A stretch of DNA of 7,875 nucleotides, taken from the NCBI GenBank assembly GCA_043228905.1, contig JBHGNT010001474.1, forward strand, positions 1-7,875, given 5' to 3'. The translations under genes and the position numbers were made by a program. The notes under the pieces were generated by a model. The model worked only from the letters and a program-made list of their open reading frames with translations, ran no database searches and was not told the origin of the DNA. Origin of the DNA: Azolla caroliniana (taxonomy: Eukaryota; Plantae; Polypodiophyta). Shown here one piece after another: positions 1-7,875 of the stretch (position 1 is its first letter; each line of letters starts with the position of its first letter).

Positions 1-1056
1 AAATAATTGTAATCAAGTCAACCATGTTGAGCCAACTACCAAAACACCCATGTTTGATATTGTATTGATTTTGAATCGGTCTTGTAATTCTACGTGCCAA
101 CTAATGTATTTGATTAAAAAGAAAAATGTTCCAACTCAAGCTAAGTCAATAAATGTAATGTACATTAGGATTTGCTTTTATATGATAAAAAAGACCACAC
201 GTGTACATTAGGCCAGGACATTACTTACTTAGAACCAAATCCCATAACACATACAGTATGTCATTGTTTCTTTTTATTTGTGACAAGTTGCCTTATTAAA
301 ATACTTGTGATTTAAATATATGTAATGCGACAATGGTAAAGTGTATGCTTTGTGACCTTATGATTTAGGTGTCAAAGACCAGGTCTTGTGCCTCTTTACC
401 AAGAATTCCATCCCGAACCTCCTTGGCCAAAACTATTTCCTAAGGATCGGACCTTTTCAAAATCCCCAACTACATTAGGTTTAGGATCTTATTGGAAAGA
501 TTGTTACGAATAATATTGCTTATGTAGGAACATTTCAGGATATTTTGTAATGGTAATATAGAGCTAAGTTGAAAAGGGCTAAAAAATAGAATATCAAAGT
601 AAACAAAATTGCCCTTATAGATTCTTATAAACACAAGGTGAATTTTGAATCATGACAAGAGAACTTAGAGGAAATCAAATTTGACACACTTTCATAGGAG
701 AGAAGAAACCACAAAAAAGGGAGTGAATCTATCACAATGGTGGGATGAACATATCTTGATTAGTCCACCTTTGCATAGCAATATTAGGAAGTAGTGATGT
801 AAATATTGTGAGAAAGACCAAACTACATGAATTTATAGAGTGATAAAACACATGTTTAGAGAAGTAAAAGAATCAAAGGATTGTACTATTATTTATTTTT
901 ATAGAGACAAAGCATCTCCTTAACTTTCCTAGAATTCTAAACGGCGTTACAACTAAAAAAACAGATATGTAGTAACCCTAGTTCCTCCCTCTAGTCTTCC
1001 ACCTCTACATTCTACATTTACTTCATCTTGCTCATGCATTGCCAACCTATGAGCAT

Positions 1057-1068
1057 TGTCGTGAAGAT
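1057..1068. repeat. Left terminal inverted repeat TGTCGTGAAGAT, preceded by TSD GCAT (1053-1056)
   Basis: Exact reverse complement of 2612-2623. Confidence 0.9.
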
Positions 1069-1259
1069 CCATCACTACGTGCGGATCGTGAGGCGGAACC
1101 GTCGGGGTTCTAGACCGGAAGGACTCGAAGTTTGCACAAGCTTTAGTGAGAAATGAATTAAGATAGATTGAAAGAGAGAGATTGAGATAAGATAGAACGC
1201 TTGACTTTAGATTGAGAGAGATATTAAGATTGAACATTTGAAGAACAAAATTGATACAT

Positions 1260-1998
1260 CAATTGGATAACAAATTTCTTACTTTTAATTTCTTGATTAA
1301 TACATTGCTCCCCTTTCATACATCACACTTACCATCTATCTTTTGGGTCCCACGTTAGTTCTCAACGCAACTAACCAAGTCTCCAATTGATAATGAATTT
1401 CTTACTTTTAATTTCTCGATTAATACATCGCTCCCCTTTCATACATCACACTTACCATCTATCTCTTGGGTCCCACGTTAGTTCTCAACGCAACTAACCA
1501 AGTCTCCAATTGATAATGAATTTCTTACTTTTAATTTCTCGATTAATACATCGCTCCCCTTTCATACATCACACTTACCATCTATCTCTTGGGTCCCACG
1601 TTAGTTCTCAACGCAACTAACCAAGTCTCCAATTGATAATGAATTTCTTACTTTTAATTTCTTGATTAATACATCGCTCCCCTTTCATACATCACACTTA
1701 CCATCTATCTCTTGGGTCCCACGTTAGTTCTCAACGCAACTAACCAAGTCTCCAATTGATAATGAATTTCTTACTTTTAATTTCTTGATTAATACATCGC
1801 TCCCCTTTCATACATCACACTTACCATCTATCTCTTGGGTCCCACGTTAGTTCTCAACGCAACTAACCAAGTCTCCAATTGATAATGAATTTCTTACTTT
1901 TAATTTCTTGATTAATACATCGCTCCCCTTTCATACATCTCACTTACCATCTATCTCTTGGGTCCCACGTTAGTTCTCAATGCAACTAACCAAGTCTC
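1260..1998. repeat. Tandem array of 6 x 123-bp units inside the element
   Basis: Units start at 1260, 1384, 1507, 1630, 1753 and 1876 (the first unit is 124 bp). Units 2 and 3 appear identical, as do units 4 and 5; the two pairs differ by one C/T (TCTCGAT vs TCTTGAT). The terminal units carry a few extra changes. The unit has stops in all six frames. Confidence 0.97.
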
Positions 1999-2319
1999 AA
2001 GATGGAGTGTCCTACATGGGTATCGCCATCGTCCATCTCCTGGGTCTCACGTTGGCTTTCTGCAACTGCCCAAGTCTCCGAAACATGTGTGCTCCTCACA
2101 TAGACACCCAAATTTTACATTCTAATTTTTTACCTTTCAATTTTACATTCGTTTCCTACCATCTATCTCTTGGGTCCCACGTTGGTTCTCAACACAACTG
2201 CCCAAGTCTCTAGATGGAGTGTCCTACGTGGGTATCACCATCGTCCATCTCTTGGGTCTCACGTTGGCTTTCTACAACTACCCAAGTCTCCGGAACATTT
2301 GTGCTCCTCACATACACAC
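1945..2319. repeat. Two diverged copies of a 163-bp module at a 212-bp period (1945-2107 and 2157-2319)
   Basis: Each copy consists of TACCATCTATCT, an A-type motif, an AGATGGA...TCCATCT spacer, a B-type motif and a GTGCTCCTCACATA tail. The AAGTCTC ends fall at 1998/2210 and 2078/2290, both offset by 212. Confidence 0.92.
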
Positions 2320-2339
2320 AACGAAAGCTTTTGCTCTGC

Positions 2340-2381
2340 CTTATATATGGTGAGATCCTTATTTGTCCTGTCTATGTGGGA
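2340..2381 (-). promoter_or_regulatory. Candidate LTR core promoter: TCCCACAT (2381-2374) followed by TATA box TATATAAG (2347-2340)
   Basis: The minus strand reads TCCCACAT-N26-TATATAAG. As I recall, this arrangement is common in plant LTRs; promoter function here is inferred. The plus strand also reads TATATAT at this site, so the orientation is not certain. Confidence 0.5.
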
Positions 2382-2611
2382 TATCTCACAATTTATCTTT
2401 CTTTTTTCCTTTGCAAACTTCCTACCCACATAACTTGAGACTTAGATGTTCGTTTCTTATGTAGTAAAGTGCATTCGAAAGCTCTTGAAGACCTCCATCT
2501 TTTTGTACTGAGATATTAAACTTATTTAAAATAGTATTTTCACTATTATTGTTTTATATGATTCATACTCGATTTCGTATGTTTTATGCGATTTTCACAC
2601 CATTGCTGAAA

Positions 2612-2623
2612 ATCTTCACGACA
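2612..2623. repeat. Right terminal inverted repeat ATCTTCACGACA, followed by TSD GCAT (2624-2627)
   Basis: Exact reverse complement of 1057-1068. Confidence 0.9.
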
Positions 2624-2989
2624 GCATGCTCCTCAATTTCAAGAATAATTTCTCACCACCATAAGCTAGAAAGAGACAAAGAAACAATCAAGGTACTAGC
2701 AATCCAAAAATGAAAGATATATTGTGTGACAAAATATTGTTATAGAATGACTAAACATGTTTTTGCTTATAAGTTAGTTTTCATGTAACATTCTCCTATT
2801 ATGATGTTCTATAATGATCCTTATGGAAGGGGACACTATATCTATTATTTGAAATTTTGAGCATCGTCCATTCTTGTTCCCATTCCTATTTGTGTTTCCT
2901 TGTTTCCAAATTGTTGAAATTCCGAGTAACAATTGTCTTATGTTATATTCATTCTAAAACTTTTCACAACATTTGGTAGAGATTGGGCT

Positions 2990-3002
2990 TATATATATAT
3001 AT
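2990..3002. repeat. Short (TA)6 microsatellite
   Basis: TATATATATATAT read directly. Confidence 0.7.
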
Positions 3003-3513
3003 TAAATGCAAAACAGATCTTATTAGAATTGAAATACGTACAGGTTTTCCCAATTTATTGATAGAATGCCACAATCTAAAGATTTATCAGTTGAATTGAG
3101 ATGTAGAAGCTATGCTAAGAATTAGGGATCGAAAACTTGGAATAACTCTAAATAACATTATTCAATCATATCGAGAACCTTAAGTTCATGCACACTAATC
3201 ATATCAGAATACATGTTTTGATACACAACAATCGCACAACAAACACAATTAGCTTGTTATCTGTACTTATTTATTAAGACTGACATTAATAGGCACAAGA
3301 TTTCGTTTGCTATCTAACAATTAAGTAAAACATTACCTACTAGAAATTAGTGTTCAAGGCCAAGCTCAAGGAGATTGAACAATAGTGATACAACAATTAA
3401 ACCAAATATTACATGCCAAAAATATATGTTCAAGAGAGGGTCAAAGTTTGAACAAGTCGCAACTTGTATTGCATTCATAATAAGATTTCATCTCATTTTT
3501 AAATTTTAATTAT

Positions 3514-3760
3514 CTTCCCTTACAAAAATAGTTGTAGAAATTCACTTTCCACATGGAAACCCAAGGGTTGGCATCATAATATTGTGAAAGGCAACATTGA
3601 TAAATGATGTTAACTAATGATGGGATTCAACGGCCTTCCCTTACAAAAACAGTTGTAGAAATTCACTTTCCACATGGAAACCCAAGGGTTGGCATCATAA
3701 TATTGTGAAAGGCAACATTGATAAATGATGTTAACTAATGATGGGATTCAACGGCCTTCC
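3514..3760. repeat. 121-bp tandem duplication with CTTCC microhomology at both outer ends and the junction
   Basis: 3514-3639 matches 3635-3760 with one mismatch (T3529 vs C3650). CTTCC occurs at 3514-3518, 3635-3639 and 3756-3760. Confidence 0.97.
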
Positions 3761-4901
3761 AACAGGCATCTTCAAAAACAACCCTCAACATGTACTTTTT
3801 CCTTCTACAAGTCACAAGGGAGTGAGAATGGAAATACTTGCAAGTTGCATGTCCATAAGAACAATATCTTCTACAATAATTTCCATTGGCCAATTAGCAA
3901 ATTCATAAAAGGAATGTCCAAAACAAATCATTATCGAAATGAAGGTTTTCCGTGTGTTTCAAATAAAGTTAACCACTTTTATTTCACCAAATAAGGATTA
4001 GGTTCTAGCTTCTTGATAGTTTTTGATGGACATACTTCTTAACTCTTCGCTTGGACATGGACACTTGGTAAATGGGTTGCATTTTTTGTTATAAGTGTTG
4101 CAAACTATGTTTTTTATTCTCACTCTTCATAGCTTCATTACATGGATATATCATAACAATTTATATCTTTGAACCTGTATTAACATCATGTATCATTTGG
4201 TTTATGCATCATTGCATTTCAAATGCATTTCTGTTTAATTTTTCTAGAGATCACGATGGACTAGCATGGCAAATTTCTTCCCTTCTAGTTTATAGATGTT
4301 GTCAAAGAGTTGTTATGTATCTACTTAATTTTAACTAAGTGCAATGATTGGTCACCCTTAAAATCATGACATTTAATTGATAACGTGGATGAATCATTTT
4401 GTATTTCTTCTTTTACTAGCATAGAAAAAATGATAATGTTGGATTCTCCATGCAACATGAATGAATGTCATGAGTGTGCTTCAAGATTTCTAATATATTA
4501 TCTAAGTAATGGTTTTGTGCCTCAACCCAAGGTTACATCAATCATAATTGGATACTTTAGGATTTTTATGCATTGAAAGCTATCCTAGATACTTTCTCCT
4601 TCATATTTACCTTAATGGTTATGTCTCATTGGTGATGGTGCTATATGTGAGCTACCATCAATACTTCTTCATTACTATTGGGAGAGTCTTCTTTCAAGTA
4701 GTAATATGTAAATGTATTTGTATAAACAAAACATGAAGTTACACCACTACCTAAGCTACTGCAATTATTTTCATGACAAAGTACCATCTTGATTCACTAA
4801 CCCTTAGTAGCATCATAAAGTTAAATGTATAGGTAACCTTTGTCTTGACCTTTGTCATTACCTCTTACTTGTACAAAAGTAGATACTACAATGTGCATTT
4901 C

Positions 4902-4913
4902 CAATCTCCCATT
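4902..4913 (-). mobile_element. Copia polypurine tract remnant and start of the 3' LTR (AATGGGAGAT|TG)
   Basis: Lies about 35-45 bp after the end of the RNase H homology. It matches the GGGAGAT-TG type of PPT/LTR junction seen in Tnt1-like copia elements. The LTR would run leftward from 4903; its end is not identifiable. Confidence 0.6.
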
Positions 4914-4948
4914 GAATGGGCATGATAGCGATATTAGAGAGAAAAAAG

Positions 4949-6112
4949 TTTAGACATCTACACCAATTCACTATAGTGCAAGAAGTGAGCCACAGGTTGG
5001 ACCTAATTAAGTGTATCAACAATTAGATTGTATGTTGTACATACTTATTTAGTTTTTCAACGTTTGCAATCTCAAATGAAGCGGTGGCACACTTCAATGT
5101 GCTTCATCTTTGTGTAAAATATCAAGTTTCTAGCCATTCTGAATTTGTGACTACACTATTTTTGTAACTAAGGAGAGTTAGACTTCAACGGATTGCTCTA
5201 ACATCAAATGTCAAATGAGAAAGCCACAGTACTTCTTTGCACATTATCATGGCTATAACATGTTCTGATCTTATCACTGAAACAATTGTGCAACTCTAAA
5301 GCCATGACCTTAATGATATGGCTCTACTTGTCAACAGGAAAACATACACATGTCTTGACATCTTTGCACAAATCCAGTGGAGTCAAAATCTGAAATTCAA
5401 CGACAATTGCTTCACCCACTCCAAGGCACAAGCCTTAGTGTCTAATCCACTCAAGCATCATATCATTGTCTTTACCACCTTTGAATGCTTGTCACCAAGG
5501 TTAGACATGCCACCATTAACAACTCATGTCTATTGCCCACCATGGTATAGATTCAGACTGCAAATGAATATAGAATAATCTACATTTGTTCCATGATGTT
5601 TTCAAATTTTCAAGCAATCCTCCTTGCCTAGTCTCAAGTACACTAAAAATGGTTTATTAAGAGGCTTGGCTCCATCCATATGGAACAACTTGAGCACTTT
5701 GGAGATGTATTAGAATGGAAATATAGATCAATCTTCCAATGGTTCATATGTGAAGTGATCCACATACCTAGAATATGTGTTGTTGCTTCCAAATCAATCT
5801 ATGAAAGGCTGGCTTCAAAGCCAAAATCACATTACCTGACCCGCAACGAATCCTTTGAGCATATGTGATTATCAAGTTGATGTGTTGTTCATGTTTTTGT
5901 TTCTTTCATGTAACCCCGAGCTTGATACATTGGAATGTTGGGACGTTATGAGATCTATCAACATTTTCCACTAAAGCCCTCAAATATATAGTGTGCTCAT
6001 CCATACTAGGAGCTTTTTTTTACTTTGAACTCGTGTAGTATTGACTTTGCCTCTACTTGTTCCACTTGAAGTAGAACATTGGAACGTTAATTAGTTTCAT
6101 ATCAACCTAGTG
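4949..6112 (-). pseudogene. Highly decayed Ty1/copia pol remnant (reverse transcriptase and RNase H), resembling Tnt1
   Basis: Manual minus-strand translation gives colinear copia motifs. H*VDMK (6112-6095) matches QLDVK. IDLEATTHILGMWI (about 5798-5757) matches KDLGPAQQILGMKI. KVLKLFHMDGAKPL (5700-5659) matches RVLERFNMKNAKPV. MSNLGDKHSKVVKTMI*CLSG matches LENPGKEHWEAVKWILRYLRG. YVFLLTSRAISLRSWL*SC...SEHVIAMIMCKEVLWL (5346-5221) matches YLFTFSGGAISWQSKLQKC...AEYIAATETGKEMIWL. KMKHIEVCHRFI* (5110-5072) matches RTKHIDVRYHWIR. There are many stops and frameshifts. The reference sequence is recalled from memory. Confidence 0.88.
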
Positions 6113-7195
6113 TTATCCACCCAACCAAGAGACATCATAATATAACAAGGTTATCTAACATCAAGTACTATCTAGTCTATTCTTAGTTATTTGTTAATTT
6201 GTTACCATGTTTACAACACCAAAATCACATCCAACATTTTATCCCTCTTATCCTCATCATTAATCAAAGAGTTGTATTGTTGTTAACATCTTCTCGTGTC
6301 ATTTTGTTACCCAAGTGCATTGGAGAATTATTCTTCCCTGAGTGCATTGGGAATGAAGGTTCTAGGGCTGATGGATCTTTACATATAGCATATTTGTGTA
6401 TATGCTAACACATTTTGGAGATGGGTTTACGTATGAAAACAAGAACTTGAGTATCTACTATGGAAATGAGAGACTTTTGGTGGAGGTCTAAGATCTAAAT
6501 ATACAAAAAAGTGTAAATTTCTAAATATTCCTGAAAACATTACTATCATGTTGAACTAGATTTTCCAAAATTATTACAAACACTCGAACATAAAACAAAA
6601 AACCCCTCTCTTGCTTTTTTGGAAAAAAAAACCCTCGCTTGCATCATTACATATTTAAGCTATTATTAGTCGCATCATCAATAGAGAGCCTAAAGTTAAA
6701 ATTTGAAATATGGTGTAGGAAACAAATTTAATTGCATACTTCGATGCCAGCACACGTTTCACAAACTGATCTAAACAATCTGTAAACAATGCATTGTTAC
6801 CTAACAAAAATGAAAGGCAAATATTCTAATGAAAGGTGCATAGTTGTCCTCAATTGTAGTTGTTGAGTAGGATTTCCAAACCAACCCTATCTATCATGGC
6901 CAACACCAAGAATCCTTCCTTGCTCATGGTAGCCGGTCATTGTGATTTTCCTAGAATTTTGACCACCACCTAGTCAAATAAGAGCCATACAATAGCCGGG
7001 CATTGGATTTTGCCCAAAAATGGATGAAAATTAATGGTCACATACAAAGACATCAAATTGGTACAAAGTCAAGAAGAAAGATATAGGGATTTGCTATAAA
7101 GATTCTAGTCACAATGCGAGGAGAAGCTCGATGTCAATGTGAAACTGAAAAAACTGAAGCTCGATGTCGTATTTACAAGTAAGGAGCCATCAGGA

Positions 7196-7875
7196 GGTTT
7201 ATCTCTTTTTGGCTCTTCACAAGCATAATCTTTGTTTTAGAGCTATTGACACTTAATTTGGTATGCATGCAAAAAAATTCCAATCCCTTCATAAGCTTTT
7301 GTGCATCTCCTAAAGTATTTGCAAAAAGCACTACATCATCTGCATATAGCAAAAGCATAATTACTACATTCCCAATGGCAACTTCTTCAACACATTCTTC
7401 CTTTGCAAACTTGGTAACCATTTCTTCCAATTCATCAATGCATAGACCAAATAGTGTTGGTGAGAGTGGGCATCCTTGCTTAACACCAATAGTGCTTTTG
7501 AAAAAGTCTGAAAGTTTATCTCTCATGCGCACACAACATATAACTTGCTCATAAATTTGGGAAATTGCAAGCATATATTCACTTGGCACCTCAAGTTCTT
7601 CAATTCGCCTCCAAAGATGCTCACGAGGTACCATATCAAAAGCTTTCTTGAAGTCTACAAAGCAACAATATAAACCTTTATCTCTAAGGCGACTTTCCTC
7701 CATTAGTACTCAAAGGGTGATAAGGTGATCAATGGTGCCATGGTGTTTCTGAAAGCCAGCTTGTCCATAAGCTCTCTTACCACTTTTTTCAGCCCATACA
7801 CTTATCTTTGATTCCATTATACATCCAAATAGTTTTGCCATTAATGAGCCAACCATGATGGTTCGATAGTTGTTT
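7196..7875 (-). pseudogene. LINE (non-LTR retrotransposon) reverse transcriptase fragment, running off the right edge of the window
   Basis: The frame reads NNYRTIMVGSLMAKLF...QAGF...TIDHLITL*VLMEES...FVDFKKAFDMV...GVKQGCPLSPTLF...LLYADDVVL...LSVNSSKTKIM, which contains the canonical non-LTR RT motifs (NYRxI, QAGF, DFxKAFD, GVKQGCPLSP, YADD, VNxxKT). One in-frame TGA at 7712-7710 precedes the ORF-track ORF 7173..7703. Homology ends near 7196-7210. The clade (possibly RTE-related) cannot be determined by eye. Confidence 0.95.

Larger units (their letters stand above)
1057..2623 (-). mobile_element. Probable solo LTR of an LTR retrotransposon (1567 bp); alternative: non-autonomous TIR element
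   Basis: Begins TGTCGTGAAGAT (1057-1068) and ends ATCTTCACGACA (2612-2623), an exact 12-bp inverted repeat with TG...CA ends. It is flanked by direct repeat GCAT (1053-1056, 2624-2627). There is no recognisable transposon coding sequence inside and no PBS or PPT adjacent outside. Minus orientation is inferred from TCCCACAT followed by TATATAAG on the minus strand and a CT-rich U5-like end at about 1260-1140. Confidence 0.8.

Noticed and set aside
156-212. Palindrome TAATGTACATTA and TGTACATTAGG repeated at 159 and 202
   Set aside because: They are short and AT-rich with no associated structure, so compatible with chance.
364-810. Protein-like plus-strand fragments (FHPEPPWPKLFPKD...; GVNLSQWWDEHIL)
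   Set aside because: They are interrupted by stops and match no family I recognise, so they cannot be supported without a search.
953-1237. 94-aa minus-strand ORF as a gene
   Set aside because: It crosses the element boundary at 1057, and its N-terminal part is translated CT-rich LTR sequence.
1253-1273. TACATCA-ATTGGATAAC as an LTR end plus tRNA-iMet PBS
   Set aside because: It is a poor match to TGGTATCAGAGC, it is simply the start of repeat unit 1, and it lies inside the TIR/TSD-defined element.
1260-1998. 123-bp unit equals 41 codons, suggesting a coding repeat
   Set aside because: Stop codons occur in all six frames of the unit.
1342-2290. CRISPR-like appearance (palindromic repeats of about 40 bp with spacers)
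   Set aside because: The spacers are themselves repeated rather than unique, their lengths are 40, 81 and 90 nt, there are no cas genes, and the context is eukaryotic retroelement DNA.
1342-2290. Motif as a known ribozyme (hammerhead, twister, pistol, HDV), K-turn or Cassandra-like 5S RNA fragment
   Set aside because: There is no CUGANGA/GAAA core. The resemblance to twister/pistol (GGUCCCA, CCACGUUA) and 5S (CUUGGGC) covers only a few bases, and the short strand of the internal loop lacks the GA needed for a K-turn.
1980-2438. Three overlapping plus-strand ORFs (77, 87 and 74 aa)
   Set aside because: They lie in LTR repeats, overlap in different frames and contain no recognisable domains.
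3725-4736. Plus-strand ORFs 3725..3994, 4072..4338, 4385..4576 and 4548..4736
   Set aside because: They are short, have the F/I/C/Y-rich composition typical of AT-rich non-coding DNA, and show no motifs.
5318-6408. Plus-strand ORFs 5318..5578, 5680..5868 and 6199..6408
   Set aside because: They are antisense to, or adjoin, the decayed copia pol and have no independent support.
6930-7011. Imperfect direct repeat TAGCCGG(T/G)CATTG(T)GATTTT at 6930 and 6993
   Set aside because: There are only two degenerate copies of about 20 bp, with no boundaries or function assignable.
7246-7554. 102-aa plus-strand ORF
   Set aside because: It is the antisense shadow of the LINE RT frame.

Overview
AT-rich eukaryotic DNA, most likely a land plant (inferred from the Tnt1-like copia remnant and the LTR motifs). 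It has no intact host gene and consists of layered transposon debris of different ages. (1) A young 1567-bp insertion at 1057-2623 has perfect 12-bp TG...CA terminal inverted repeats and a GCAT target-site duplication. It is best read as a minus-strand solo LTR. It carries nine copies of a 40-42 bp hairpin-forming motif, arranged as a 6 x 123-bp tandem array plus a 212-bp-period duplication, downstream of a candidate TATA box. (2) A near-perfect 121-bp tandem duplication bounded by CTTCC microhomology lies at 3514-3760. (3) A heavily decayed Ty1/copia RT-RNase H region, missed by the ORF track, lies on the minus strand at about 4949-6112, followed by a PPT/LTR junction near 4903. (4) A LINE reverse transcriptase fragment on the minus strand (about 7196-7875) has one in-frame stop and an abrupt 3' break. 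Nearly all ORF-track ORFs other than 7173..7703 look spurious. All alignments and folds were done by eye.
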